A DNA stretch of 27,204 nucleotides, taken from UHGV virus genome UHGV-0165622; one strand, written 5' to 3'. Positions 16,250 through 26,096 of the stretch are shown here, in pieces. The stretch's first letter is position 1. Every line of letters begins with the position of its first letter. The position numbers and the translations under genes are program-made. The stretch is from a virus. The notes below the pieces were generated by a model. It did no database searches and was not told where the DNA came from. It saw nothing but the letters and a program-made list of their open reading frames with translations.

Positions 16250-16450
16250 ACAGGTTACGGGGCGGCGACCTCGCGGGTTTTCGCTATTTATGAAAATTTT
16301 CCGGGAACCATGTCCGGTTTCTCTTCAAGTTAACTATATGAAAAATAAAAAAAGAGGTCTTCTGTGAACCGGACATGCACAAAAAATAGACATGTAAGCC
16401 GGACATGACCGGTTTTGTTGTGATTGTGAAGTGAGAGTTTTTGCGAGGTG
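16250..16450 (+). other. cos site: cosN cohesive-end sequence GGGCGGCGACCT at 16260-16271 with downstream cosB-like repeats
   Basis: acgGGGCGGCGACCTcgcgggttttcgctatttatgaaaattttccgg matches the lambda left end from memory; three copies of the motif CCGGACATG (one inverted) between 16307 and 16407, immediately upstream of Nu1. Confidence 0.8.
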
Positions 16451-16454
16451 AGGA

Positions 16455-16964
16455 GTGGCTACGCAGACTGAAGTTGCCAGGCATTTAAGTCTGACCGATC
16501 GCCAGCTTCGCAGATTGCAGAAATTGCCGGGTGCCCCGATATCGAATAAGCGAGGGCAACTGGATCTGGATGCCTGGCGCGATTTTTACATATCGTATCT
16601 GAGAAGAAGTAAAAACGATGTGCCTGATGGCGATAGCGAAGACGACTATGAGGAGAAATTGCTTATTGCCAGATGGGAACTGACAGCAGAACAGGCTGTT
16701 ACACAGCAGTTAAAAAATGAGGTGTCAAAAGGAAAACTTATTGATACCGGGTTCTGTATTTTTGCCCTCAGCAAGCTGGCAATGGCGTTATCCAGTACGC
16801 TTGATTCCATCCCTTTATCCATGCAGCGACAGTTTCCTGATTTAACACCGCGCCATCTTGACCATCTGAAAACCCTTATTGCGAAGGGGGCAAATCAGTG
16901 TGCGCGGGCGGGGGATAAATTACCGGATTTACTCGATGAATATATCAGAGCAACAACTGAATAA
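16455..16964 (+). CDS. Terminase small subunit (lambda Nu1-like)
   Basis: 169 aa; N-terminal winged-HTH and LSKLAMALSSTLDSIPLSMQRQFPDL region parallel lambda Nu1; GTG start after GAGGTGAGGAG Shine-Dalgarno. Confidence 0.85.
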   Translation: MATQTEVARHLSLTDRQLRRLQKLPGAPISNKRGQLDLDAWRDFYISYLRRSKNDVPDGDSEDDYEEKLLIARWELTAEQAVTQQLKNEVSKGKLIDTGFCIFALSKLAMALSSTLDSIPLSMQRQFPDLTPRHLDHLKTLIAKGANQCARAGDKLPDLLDEYIRATTE

Positions 16965-18864
16965 TATGATGAGTGCTGTCACAACAGCATTACAGCCCCT
17001 GATAAGGGCATTGCCGGTGACGCCAGTTGAATGGGCTGATCAAAATTATTATCTGCCTAAAGAATCTTCATATGGTGAGGGAGAATGGAAAACGCTGCCG
17101 TTCCAGATCGCCATCATGAACAGCATGGGGAATGATCAGATCCGGACTGTTAATCTGATTAAATCTGCCCGTGTTGGCTATACAAAGATGTTGCTGGGGG
17201 TGGTCGGGTATTTTATTGAGCATAAATCCCGAAACAGTCTGCTTTTTCAGCCCACGGATTCTGCCGCTGAAGATTTTATGAAGTCTCACGTGGAGGCGAC
17301 GATTCGGGATGTGCCATGTCTGAAAGACCTTTTTCCATGGCTGGGGCGTAAACATCGTGACAATACCCTCACGCTGAAACGCTTTTCATCGGGTGTGGGT
17401 TTCTGGTGCCTGGGCGGCGCTGCCGCCAAAAACTACCGTGAAAAATCCGTGGACGTGGTCTGCTATGACGAACTTTCCTCGTTCGAACCGGATGTCGAAA
17501 AAGAGGGTTCGCCAACCCTGCTTGGGGATAAACGTATTGAGGGCTCTGTATGGCCCAAATCCATTCGCGGCTCGACGCCTAAAATCAAAGGCACCTGCCA
17601 GATCGAAAAAGCGGCCAACGAGTCGGCGCATTTCATGCGTTTTTATGTGCCCTGCCCACACTGTGGGGAGGAGCAGTATCTGAAATTTGGCGATGAATCC
17701 ACGCCTTTTGGCCTTAAATGGGAGAAGGACAGCCCCGAAAGCGTTTTCTACCTCTGTGAACATCATGGCTGCGTGATCCATCAGTCTGAGCTTGACCAGA
17801 GCAACGGGCGGTGGATCTGTGAAAACACGGGGATGTGGACCCGTGACGGTCTGACGTTTTTCAGCGCCGCGGATAATGAAATTCCGCCGCCGCGCTCCAT
17901 CACGTTCCATATCTGGACAGCGTACAGTCCGTTCACCACCTGGGTACAGATAGTCTATGACTGGCTGGATGCACTGAAAGATCCCAACGGCCTGAAAACC
18001 TTTGTGAACACCACGCTGGGCGAGACCTGGGAAGAGGCCGTGGGCGAAAAACTCGATCACCAGGTACTGATGGATAAGGTCGTGCATTACACGGCGGCGG
18101 TGCCTGCCCGGGTGGTTTATCTGACGGCGGGCATTGACTCGCAGCGAAACCGTTTTGAGATGTATGTCTGGGGATGGGCACCGGGAGAGGAAGCTTTTCT
18201 GGTGGATAAAATCATCATTATGGGGCGTCCTGATGAGGAAGAGACGCTGTTACGTGTGGATGCGGCGATCAACAAAAAATACTGCCATGCAGACGGAACC
18301 GAAATGACCATTTCCCGTGTCTGCTGGGACACCGGGGGGATCGATGGTGAAATCGTCTACCAGAGGTCAAAAAAACACGGTGTTTTCCGTGTGCTGCCGG
18401 TAAAAGGCGCGTCTGTCTATGGCAAGCCGGTGATCACCATGCCGAAAACCCGCAATCAGCGGGGCGTTTATCTGTGTGAAGTGGGGACGGACACCGCAAA
18501 AGAAATTCTCTATGCCCGTATGAAAGCCGATCCCACTCCTGCGGATGAAGCCACGTCGTATGCCATCCGTTTTCCTGATGATCCGGAGATTTTTTCGCAG
18601 ACAGAGGCGCAGCAACTGGTCGCGGAAGAGCTTGTGGAGAAGTGGGAAAAAGGAAAGATGCGTCTGCTGTGGGATAACAAAAAGCGGCGTAACGAAGCGC
18701 TGGACTGCCTGGTGTATGCCTACGCGGCATTACGTGTGTCCGTGCAACGCTGGCAGCTTGATCTGGCTGTACTGGCAAAATCCCGGGAAGAAGAGACGAC
18801 CCGGCCAACCCTTAAAGAACTGGCAGCGAAGCTGTCCGGAGGAGTGAATGGTTACAGTCGCTGA
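16936..18864 (+). CDS. Terminase large subunit (lambda gpA-like)
   Basis: 642 aa; long collinear identity with lambda A from memory (VEWADQNYYLPKES, VGYTKMLLGV, KNYREKSVDV, TWVQIV, KRRNEALDC); overlaps the Nu1 3' end as in lambda. Confidence 0.95.
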   Translation: MNISEQQLNNMMSAVTTALQPLIRALPVTPVEWADQNYYLPKESSYGEGEWKTLPFQIAIMNSMGNDQIRTVNLIKSARVGYTKMLLGVVGYFIEHKSRNSLLFQPTDSAAEDFMKSHVEATIRDVPCLKDLFPWLGRKHRDNTLTLKRFSSGVGFWCLGGAAAKNYREKSVDVVCYDELSSFEPDVEKEGSPTLLGDKRIEGSVWPKSIRGSTPKIKGTCQIEKAANESAHFMRFYVPCPHCGEEQYLKFGDESTPFGLKWEKDSPESVFYLCEHHGCVIHQSELDQSNGRWICENTGMWTRDGLTFFSAADNEIPPPRSITFHIWTAYSPFTTWVQIVYDWLDALKDPNGLKTFVNTTLGETWEEAVGEKLDHQVLMDKVVHYTAAVPARVVYLTAGIDSQRNRFEMYVWGWAPGEEAFLVDKIIIMGRPDEEETLLRVDAAINKKYCHADGTEMTISRVCWDTGGIDGEIVYQRSKKHGVFRVLPVKGASVYGKPVITMPKTRNQRGVYLCEVGTDTAKEILYARMKADPTPADEATSYAIRFPDDPEIFSQTEAQQLVAEELVEKWEKGKMRLLWDNKKRRNEALDCLVYAYAALRVSVQRWQLDLAVLAKSREEETTRPTLKELAAKLSGGVNGYSR

Positions 18865-19054
18865 ACTGCAGGCGCTGCGTCAGGCGCGCCTTGATTTATT
18901 AACCGGTAAACGGGTGGTGTCTGTCCAGAAAGATGGTCGCAGAATTGAATATACGGCAGCTTCTCTGGATGAGCTTAACCGGGCGATCAATGATGCGGAG
19001 TCGGTACTGGGGACAACCCGCCGTCGCCGTCGTCCGCTGGGAGTGAGGTTATGA
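18848..19054 (+). CDS. Head-tail joining protein (lambda gpW-like)
   Basis: 68 aa; LTGKRVVSVQKDGRRIEYTAASLDEL parallels lambda W. Confidence 0.85.
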   Translation: MVTVAELQALRQARLDLLTGKRVVSVQKDGRRIEYTAASLDELNRAINDAESVLGTTRRRRRPLGVRL

Positions 19055-20643
19055 AACGAACGCCTGTCCTGATTGATGTGAACGGCGTTCCGCTTCGGGA
19101 GAGCCTCAGCTACAACGGGGGCGGCGCAGGATTTGGCGGGCAAATGGCGGAGTGGTTGCCACCGGCGCAGAGTGCCGATGCGGCCCTGCTGCCCGCGTTG
19201 CGTCTGGGGAATGCCCGGGCAGATGATCTGGTGCGCAATAACGGGATAGCGGCCAATGCGGTGGCCCTGCATAAGGATCACATTGTCGGGCATATGTTTC
19301 TTATCAGCTACCGCCCGAACTGGCGCTGGTTGGGGATGCGGGAGACCGCGACAAAAAGTTTTGTCGATGAGGTGGAGGCGGCCTGGTCAGAATACGCAGA
19401 AGGGGTGTTTGGCGAGATCGACGTGGAAGGGAAACGCACGTTTACAGAATTTATTCGTGAAGGTGTGGGCGTTCATGCGTTTAACGGCGAAATCTTTGTG
19501 CAGCCGGTCTGGGATACGGAGAGTACGCAACTGTTTCGTACGCGTTTTAAAGCCGTGAGTCCGAAACGGGTGGACACGCCAGGACATGGTATCGGGAACC
19601 GTTTTCTGCGGGCCGGGGTGGAGGTCGATCGATATGGTCGTGCCGTTGCGTACCATATCTGTGAGGATGATTTTCCGTTCTCCGGGAGTGGACGATGGGA
19701 ACGGATCCCGCGTGAACTTCCCACCGGGCGTCCGGCCATGCTGCATATTTTCGAGCCGGTGGAGGACGGGCAGACCCGTGGAGCCAATCAGTTTTACAGC
19801 GTTATGGAACGGCTGAAGATGCTCGATTCCCTGCAGGCAACACAGCTTCAGTCGGCCATAGTGAAGGCGATGTATGCAGCGACGATTGAAAGTGACCTTG
19901 ATACCGAAAAGGCCTTTGAATATATCGCCGGTGCGCCGCAGGGGCAGAAGGATAATCCGCTTATTAATATTCTGGATAAGTTCTCCACCTGGTATGACAC
20001 GAATAGCGTGACGCTGGGCGGTGTCAAAATTCCGCACCTTTTCCCCGGTGATGATCTGAAACTTCAGACCGCGCAGGATTCAGACAATGGATTTTCGGCG
20101 CTTGAACAGGCGCTGCTGCGGTATATCGCCGCCGGTCTTGGCGTTTCCTACGAACAGTTGTCCCGTGATTACTCGAAGGTCAGTTATTCAAGTGCCCGCG
20201 CATCCGCCAATGAGTCGTGGCGCTATTTTATGGGGCGGCGAAAATTTATTGCGTCCCGGCTGGCCACGCAGATGTTTTCCTGCTGGCTGGAAGAGGCACT
20301 TCTTCGGGGGATTATTCGTCCGCCACGGGCACGTTTTGATTTTTATCAGGCGCGATCAGCCTGGTCACGGGCTGAGTGGATTGGAGCCGGAAGAATGGCC
20401 ATTGACGGGCTCAAGGAGGTTCAGGAATCAGTGATGCGCATTGAGGCCGGACTGAGCACGTATGAGAAAGAGCTGGCGCTGATGGGCGAGGATTATCAGG
20501 ACATTTTCCGCCAGCAGGTCAGGGAATCTGCAGAGCGGGAAAAAGCCGGACTCTCACGTCCGGTGTGGATAGCGCAGGCGTATCAGCAGCAGATAGCGGA
20601 GAGTCGCAGGCCGGAAGAGGAGACAACACCACGTGAGACGTAA
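19051..20643 (+). CDS. Portal protein (lambda gpB-like)
   Basis: 530 aa; position and sequence collinear with lambda B. Confidence 0.95.
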   Translation: MKRTPVLIDVNGVPLRESLSYNGGGAGFGGQMAEWLPPAQSADAALLPALRLGNARADDLVRNNGIAANAVALHKDHIVGHMFLISYRPNWRWLGMRETATKSFVDEVEAAWSEYAEGVFGEIDVEGKRTFTEFIREGVGVHAFNGEIFVQPVWDTESTQLFRTRFKAVSPKRVDTPGHGIGNRFLRAGVEVDRYGRAVAYHICEDDFPFSGSGRWERIPRELPTGRPAMLHIFEPVEDGQTRGANQFYSVMERLKMLDSLQATQLQSAIVKAMYAATIESDLDTEKAFEYIAGAPQGQKDNPLINILDKFSTWYDTNSVTLGGVKIPHLFPGDDLKLQTAQDSDNGFSALEQALLRYIAAGLGVSYEQLSRDYSKVSYSSARASANESWRYFMGRRKFIASRLATQMFSCWLEEALLRGIIRPPRARFDFYQARSAWSRAEWIGAGRMAIDGLKEVQESVMRIEAGLSTYEKELALMGEDYQDIFRQQVRESAEREKAGLSRPVWIAQAYQQQIAESRRPEEETTPRET

Positions 20644-22138
20644 TCTTTCACACATTATTGCCGCAGCATTCAATGAACCGCTGCTTCTGGAGCCCGCCTA
20701 TGCGCGGGTTTTCTTTTGCGCGCTCGGGCGCGAGATGGGGGCAGCAAGTCTTTCGGTACCACAACAACAGGTACAGCTTGATGCTCCCGGAATGCTGGCT
20801 GAAACGGACGAGTACATGGCCGGAGGTAAACGACCGGCCCGTGTTTACCGGGTGGTGAACGGTATTGCTGTACTGCCGGTGACCGGCACGCTGGTGCACC
20901 GGCTGGGCGGTATGCGGCCATTTTCCGGAATGACAGGCTATGACGGCATTGTCGCCTGTCTTCAGCAGGCAATGGCGGATAGCCAGGTGCGGGGCGTACT
21001 GCTGGACATTGACAGTCCGGGCGGGCAGGCCGCCGGCGCGTTTGACTGCGCTGACATGATTTACCGCCTCCGTCAGCAGAAGCCGGTCTGGGCACTGTGC
21101 AATGACACTGCCTGTTCTGCAGCCATGCTGCTGGCGTCGGCCTGCTCCCGACGGCTGGTTACCCAGACATCCCGTATCGGCTCCATTGGCGTGATGATGA
21201 GCCATGTCAGCTATGCCGGTCATCTGGCGCAGGCCGGTGTGGATATCACGCTGATTTATGCCGGGGCGCACAAGGTGGATGGCAATCAGTTTGAAGCGTT
21301 GCCGGCAGAGGTTCGCCAGGACATGCAGCAGCGGATTGATGCGGCGCACCGGATGTTTGCCGAAAAAGTGGCGATGTATACCGGGTTGTCTGTGGATGCG
21401 GTCACGGGAACAGAGGCCGCCGTTTTTGAAGGTCAGTCCGGCATTGAGGCCGGGCTGGCGGATGAATTAATCAATGCGTCGGATGCCATCAGTGTGATGG
21501 CCACGGCGCTGAACAGTAATGTCAGAGGAGGCACTATGCCGCAATTAACTGCAACGGAAGCCGCCGTGCAGGAGAACCAGCGAGTGATGGGGATCCTGAC
21601 ATGCCAGGAAGCGAAAGGACGTGAACAGCTTGCCACGATGCTGGCAGGGCAACAGGGCATGAGCGTTGAACAGGCCCGGGCGATTCTGGCCGCGGCGGCA
21701 CCACAGCAGCCGGTGGCATCCGCGCAGAGTGAAGCCGATCGCATTATGGCGTGTGAAGAAGCGAACGGTCGTGAACAACTGGCGGCAACGCTGGCGGCGA
21801 TGCCGGAGATGACGGTGGAAAAAGCCCGCCCGATCCTGGCGGCTGCACCACTGGCGGATGCCGGGCCCTCACTTCGTGATCAGATCATGGCCCTGGATGA
21901 GGCAAAAGGGGCAGAAGCGCAGGCTGAAAAACTGGCGGCCTGCCCGGGAATGACCGTGGAGAACGCCCGGGCTGTGCTGGCTGCGGGATCAGGTAAGGCC
22001 GAACCGGTCTCTGCATCCACAACCGCCCTGTTTGAACATTTCATGGCGAATCATTCACCGGCAGCGGTGCGGGGTGGCGTGTCACAGACGTCAGCAGACG
22101 GTGATGCGGACGTGAAAATGCTCATGGCCATGCCATGA
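20633..22138 (+). CDS. Head maturation protease / scaffold (lambda gpC-like, S49 peptidase; Nu3-like C-terminal region)
   Basis: 501 aa; ClpP/S49-like core (GIAVLPVTGTLVHR, DSPGGQAAGAFD); C-terminal Ala-rich tandem repeats; GTG start overlapping the portal stop. Confidence 0.9.
   Translation: MRRNLSHIIAAAFNEPLLLEPAYARVFFCALGREMGAASLSVPQQQVQLDAPGMLAETDEYMAGGKRPARVYRVVNGIAVLPVTGTLVHRLGGMRPFSGMTGYDGIVACLQQAMADSQVRGVLLDIDSPGGQAAGAFDCADMIYRLRQQKPVWALCNDTACSAAMLLASACSRRLVTQTSRIGSIGVMMSHVSYAGHLAQAGVDITLIYAGAHKVDGNQFEALPAEVRQDMQQRIDAAHRMFAEKVAMYTGLSVDAVTGTEAAVFEGQSGIEAGLADELINASDAISVMATALNSNVRGGTMPQLTATEAAVQENQRVMGILTCQEAKGREQLATMLAGQQGMSVEQARAILAAAAPQQPVASAQSEADRIMACEEANGREQLAATLAAMPEMTVEKARPILAAAPLADAGPSLRDQIMALDEAKGAEAQAEKLAACPGMTVENARAVLAAGSGKAEPVSASTTALFEHFMANHSPAAVRGGVSQTSADGDADVKMLMAMP
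21590..22000 (+). repeat. Three imperfect tandem ~150-bp (50-aa) repeats within the scaffold-like C-terminus of gpC
   Basis: Repeat units begin CQEAKGREQLATMLAG..., CEEANGREQLAATLAA..., LDEAKGAEAQAEKLAA..., each followed by a ...TVE.AR.ILAA segment. Confidence 0.6.
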
Positions 22139-22174
22139 AGTCAGTGCTGACCATCAATATGAGGTTTTAACAAA

Positions 22175-22522
22175 ATGGTGACGAAAACCATCACTGAACA
22201 GCGTGCGGAAGTACGTATTTTTGCCGGTAATGATCCGGCTCATACCGCCACAGGCAGCAGCGGGATTTCTTCTGCAACACCGGCTCTGACGCCCCTGATG
22301 CTGGATGAAGCCACCGGGAAACTGGTGGTCTGGGATGGACAGAAAGCCGGTAGTGCGGTTGGCATACTGGTACTGCCGCTTGAAGGCACAGAGACAGCGC
22401 TGACGTATTACAAGTCGGGAACCTTTGCGACGGAGGCAATCCACTGGCCTGAAAGTGTGGATGAACACAAAAAGGCAAATGCCTTTGCCGGCACAGCCCT
22501 GAGTCACGCGGCTCTGCCGTAA
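22175..22522 (+). CDS. Head decoration protein (lambda gpD-like)
   Basis: 115 aa; DPAHTAT, TPLMLD, WDG..AVGIL, FYKSGTF, AFAGTA motifs parallel lambda D. Confidence 0.85.
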   Translation: MVTKTITEQRAEVRIFAGNDPAHTATGSSGISSATPALTPLMLDEATGKLVVWDGQKAGSAVGILVLPLEGTETALTYYKSGTFATEAIHWPESVDEHKKANAFAGTALSHAALP

Positions 22523-22579
22523 CACGTTATCAGGCCACCATGGTGGCCTGACTGATTTCTGAATGAAAGGAACTGATTT

Positions 22580-23608
22580 ATGGGATTGTTTACGACCCGC
22601 CAGTTACTCGGTTATACCGAACAAAAAGTTAAATTCCGTGCGCTGTTTCTGGAGCTGTTTTTCCGCCGTACGGTGAATTTCCACACCGAAGAGGTGATGC
22701 TGGACAAAATTACCGGAAAAACGCCGGTGGCGGCCTATGTCTCCCCGATCGTTGAAGGAAAAGTGCTGCGCCATCGTGGTGGTGAAACCCGCGTGTTGCG
22801 TCCGGGCTACGTCAAGCCGAAACACGAATTTAATTACCAGCAGGCGGTTGAGCGCCTTCCTGGTGAAGATCCATCTCAACTGAATGATCCGGCTTACCGC
22901 CGTCTGCGTATCATTACCGATAACCTCAAACAGGAAGAGCACGCCATTGTCCAGGTGGAAGAAATGCAGGCGGTAAATGCTGTGTTGTATGGCAAATACA
23001 CCATGGAAGGAGACCAGTTCGAGAAAATTGAGGTCGATTTTGGCAGGTCGACGAAGAATAACATCACTCAGGGTAGTGGTAAGGAGTGGTCAAAACAGGA
23101 TCGTGACACGTTCGATCCTACACATGATATTGACCTCTACTGCGACCAGGCCAGCGGTCTTGTGAATATTGCCATTATGGACGGTACCGGCTGGCGTCTT
23201 CTGAATGGTTTTAAGCTGTTCCGCGAAAAACTGGATACCCGTCGCGGTTCAAATTCTCAACTCGAAACGGCAGTGAAAGATCTGGGCGCAGTGGTGTCCT
23301 TCAAGGGGTATTACGGCGATCTGGCCATTGTGGTGGCGAAAACGTCTTATATAGCAGAAGACGGTATCGAAAAACGTTATCTTCCAGATGGCATGCTGGT
23401 TCTGGGGAATACTGCTGCAGATGGGATCCGTTGTTACGGTGCCATTCAGGATGCTCAGGCGTTGTCCGAAGGTGTGGTGGCCTCTTCCCGTTATCCGAAA
23501 CACTGGCTGACGGTAGGGGATCCCGCCCGTGAATTTACCATGACGCAGTCCGCGCCGCTGATGGTGTTGCCGGACCCGGATGAGTTTGTGGTGGTACAGG
23601 TGAAATAA
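22580..23608 (+). CDS. Major capsid protein (lambda gpE-like)
   Basis: 342 aa; collinear with lambda E (YVSPIV, PGYVKPKHE, DPAYRR, AIVQVEEMQAV, KLDTRRGSNS, LETAVKDLG, GDPAREFTM, QSAPLM). Confidence 0.95.
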   Translation: MGLFTTRQLLGYTEQKVKFRALFLELFFRRTVNFHTEEVMLDKITGKTPVAAYVSPIVEGKVLRHRGGETRVLRPGYVKPKHEFNYQQAVERLPGEDPSQLNDPAYRRLRIITDNLKQEEHAIVQVEEMQAVNAVLYGKYTMEGDQFEKIEVDFGRSTKNNITQGSGKEWSKQDRDTFDPTHDIDLYCDQASGLVNIAIMDGTGWRLLNGFKLFREKLDTRRGSNSQLETAVKDLGAVVSFKGYYGDLAIVVAKTSYIAEDGIEKRYLPDGMLVLGNTAADGIRCYGAIQDAQALSEGVVASSRYPKHWLTVGDPAREFTMTQSAPLMVLPDPDEFVVVQVK

Positions 23609-23659
23609 TCCGTGAGCGGGGGCGAAATGCCCCCGTGTCTTTTTTCACAGGGGGCTGAT

Positions 23660-24034
23660 ATGGCAACGAAAGAGCAAAATCTGAAACGGCTTGATGAACT
23701 GGCCCTGATTCTGGGGCGTGAGCCGGATATATCCGGGAGTGCCGCAGAGATAGCGCAGCGGGTGGCAGAATGGGAAGAGGAAATGCAGTCATCCGGCGAT
23801 GATGTACAGGTTATGAATATGGATATCCGGGAGCGGGAAACCGCGGCTCATGATGTTCGTGAGGAAACATCCGGCGCGTTAACGCGCATCAGAGTTCTGA
23901 CCTGCCTCCATCTCTGTGGCGTTGATGGTGAAACGGGGGAATCCGTTGAGCTTGCGGATGTTGGTCGGGTGATTCTGATTATGTCCTCAGATGCAAAAAC
24001 ACACGTTGATGGTGGAATGGCTGTTTATGCGTGA
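23660..24034 (+). CDS. DNA packaging protein (lambda FI-like)
   Basis: 124-aa ORF between E and FII, FI-like in size and position; a hairpin (gggggcgaaatgccccc) plus T-run lies just upstream at about 23618-23650. Confidence 0.65.
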   Translation: MATKEQNLKRLDELALILGREPDISGSAAEIAQRVAEWEEEMQSSGDDVQVMNMDIRERETAAHDVREETSGALTRIRVLTCLHLCGVDGETGESVELADVGRVILIMSSDAKTHVDGGMAVYA

Positions 24035-24380
24035 TTTTCAGAATGCCTTTGATGCCGCCCTTGCCGGGGTGGACAGTACGATTGTTGAAGTGATGGGGAT
24101 CCGTGCGCAGTTCACCTCCGGAGCACAACGTGGCGGCGAAGTTCAGGGGGTTTTTGACGATCCGGAGTCGCTGGGTTTTGCCGGTGGCGGGGTCCGTATT
24201 GAAGGAAGCAGCCCGTCATTATTTGTGCGGACGGATACGGTGCGTGCCGTGCGGCGTGGTGACACGCTGACCATTAACGGCGAGATGTTCTGGGTGGATC
24301 GTGTTTCTCCGGATGACGGGGGAAGCTGTTATCTCTGGCTCAACCGTGGGCAACCACCCGCTGTTAACCGGCGACGATAA
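24027..24380 (+). CDS. Head-tail connector protein (lambda FII-like)
   Basis: 117 aa; GVFDDPE, GVRIEGSSPSLFVRTD, FWVDRVSPDDGGSC.LWL.RG.PPAVNRRR parallel lambda FII. Confidence 0.85.
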   Translation: MRDFQNAFDAALAGVDSTIVEVMGIRAQFTSGAQRGGEVQGVFDDPESLGFAGGGVRIEGSSPSLFVRTDTVRAVRRGDTLTINGEMFWVDRVSPDDGGSCYLWLNRGQPPAVNRRR

Positions 24381-24395
24381 ACGCAGGGGGAAATT

Positions 24396-24929
24396 ATGGC
24401 GATAAAAGGGCTTGATCAGGCGATTGATAATCTGAGCCGGGTTCGTAAAAACGCCATTCCGGCGGCTTCAGCAATGACGATTAACCGCGTGGCCACAACG
24501 GCGATTAATCAGTCTTCATCACAGGTTGCCCGGGAGACAAAGGTACGCCGGAAACTGGTTAAGGAACGGTCCAGACTGAAACGGGCGACGGTCAGAAATC
24601 CGAACGCAAAAATTATCGTTAACCGCGGTGATCTTCCAGTGATTAAGCTGGGGATCAGGATGCTGGGCCGTCGTCCGAACAGCATACTTAAAGCCGGTCA
24701 GCATCGGTATCAGCGGGCATTCATTCAGCGATTAAAAAACGGTCGCTGGCATGTCATGCAGCGTGTGGCCGGGAAAAACCGTTACCCTATTGATGTGGTG
24801 AAAATCCCGATGGCGGCCCCACTGAAACAGGCGTTTGATGAGAATGTTGACCGTATCCGGCGTGAACGCCTGCCCGGAGAACTGGCATCCGCGCTGAAAC
24901 AACAACTGAGGATTGCGATAAAACGATGA
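24396..24929 (+). CDS. Tail completion protein (lambda gpZ-like)
   Basis: 177 aa; MAIKGL.QA..NLSR, QVARETKVRRKLVKER.RLKRATV, NGRWHVMQRVAGKNRYPIDVVKIPMA parallel lambda Z. Confidence 0.9.
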   Translation: MAIKGLDQAIDNLSRVRKNAIPAASAMTINRVATTAINQSSSQVARETKVRRKLVKERSRLKRATVRNPNAKIIVNRGDLPVIKLGIRMLGRRPNSILKAGQHRYQRAFIQRLKNGRWHVMQRVAGKNRYPIDVVKIPMAAPLKQAFDENVDRIRRERLPGELASALKQQLRIAIKR

Positions 24930-25321
24930 AACACACTGATATCCGTGCTGCAGTGCTGGATGCACTCGAGCAGCATGAACACGGGGCGACGCTGTTTGAT
25001 GGTCGCCCCGTTGTTTTTGACGAAGAGGATTTTCCTGCGATCGCGGTTTATCTGACGGATGCAGAGTATACCGGTGAAGAGCTGGATGCAGATACCTGGC
25101 GGGCCACACTGCATATTGAGGTGTTTTTACCGGCACAGGTACCGGATTCAGAGCTTGATCAGTGGATGGAAAGCCGGATTTACCCGGCGATGACCGCGAT
25201 CCCGGCACTGGCAGGACTGATTACCACGATGGTTACGCAGGGCTATGAGTATCGTCGTGATGACGATATGGCGTTATGGAGTTCTGCAGATCTGACTTAT
25301 TCCATTACATACGAGATGTGA
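24926..25321 (+). CDS. Tail terminator protein (lambda gpU-like)
   Basis: 131 aa; position between Z and V and similarity to lambda U. Confidence 0.85.
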   Translation: MKHTDIRAAVLDALEQHEHGATLFDGRPVVFDEEDFPAIAVYLTDAEYTGEELDADTWRATLHIEVFLPAQVPDSELDQWMESRIYPAMTAIPALAGLITTMVTQGYEYRRDDDMALWSSADLTYSITYEM

Positions 25322-25328
25322 GGACGAT

Positions 25329-26078
25329 ATGGCAACACCAAATCCCCTGGAGCCGGTAAAAGGTGCCGGTACCACTCTGTGGGTTTACAACGGCAAGGGT
25401 GATGCTTATGCAAACCCGTTGTCAGACGCTGACTGGCAGCGACTGGCTAAGGTGAAGGATCTGACGCCGGGCGAGATGACGGCAGAATCCTACGATGATA
25501 ACTACCTGGATGATGAAGACGCAGACTGGACCGCGACCGGGCAGGGGCAGAAATCTGCAGGTGATACCAGTTTTACGCTGGCCTGGAAACCGGGAGAGGA
25601 AGGTCAGAAAGGGCTTATAGGCTGGTTTGAAAGCGGCGATGTCCGGGCCTATAAAATCCGTTTTCCGAATGGCACGGTGGATGTGTTTCGTGGCTGGGTC
25701 AGCAGTATCGGTAAGGCCGTGACGGCGAAAGAAGTGATCACCCGCACGGTGAAAGTCACTAACGTGGGTAAACCTTCTGTAGCGGAAGAACGCAGCAAAA
25801 TTACGCCGGTCAGTGCGATTAAGGTGACGCCGACATCCGGTACGGTGGCAAAAGGGAAAACAACCACCCTGACCGTTACTGTGGAACCGGAAAATGCAAC
25901 GGATAAGACATTCAGGGCGATTTCCGCCGATCCATCAAAAGCCACCATTAGCGTGAAAGATATGACGATTACTGTGACGGGGGTTAAGGATGGAAAAGTC
26001 AGCATCCCTGTGATTTCCGGTAATGGTCAGTTTGCTGCGGTGGCTGAAATTACCGTTAATAATGTGCCGGGTGGCTAA
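25329..26078 (+). CDS. Major tail tube protein (lambda gpV-like) with C-terminal Ig-like (Big_2-type) domain
   Basis: 249 aa; N-terminal V-like region; C-terminal Thr/Val-rich beta-sandwich-like segment ([37 protein letters not shown]). Confidence 0.9.
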   Translation: MATPNPLEPVKGAGTTLWVYNGKGDAYANPLSDADWQRLAKVKDLTPGEMTAESYDDNYLDDEDADWTATGQGQKSAGDTSFTLAWKPGEEGQKGLIGWFESGDVRAYKIRFPNGTVDVFRGWVSSIGKAVTAKEVITRTVKVTNVGKPSVAEERSKITPVSAIKVTPTSGTVAKGKTTTLTVTVEPENATDKTFRAISADPSKATISVKDMTITVTGVKDGKVSIPVISGNGQFAAVAEITVNNVPGG

Positions 26079-26096
26079 AGAGCTGAGAGATAAGCG

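Noticed and set aside
16047-16484. Minus-strand ORFs 16047-16250 and 16284-16484
   Set aside because: They overlap the cos site and cosB repeats upstream of Nu1, which is expected to be non-coding.
17386-18087. 233-aa minus-strand ORF inside the terminase large subunit gene
   Set aside because: Antisense to a gene with unambiguous lambda gpA similarity; Arg/Pro/Gly-rich translation typical of a shadow frame in GC-rich coding DNA.
20648-21349. 233-aa minus-strand ORF (and other overlapping ORFs) inside gpC
   Set aside because: Shadow ORFs antisense to the head protease/scaffold gene; low-complexity translations.
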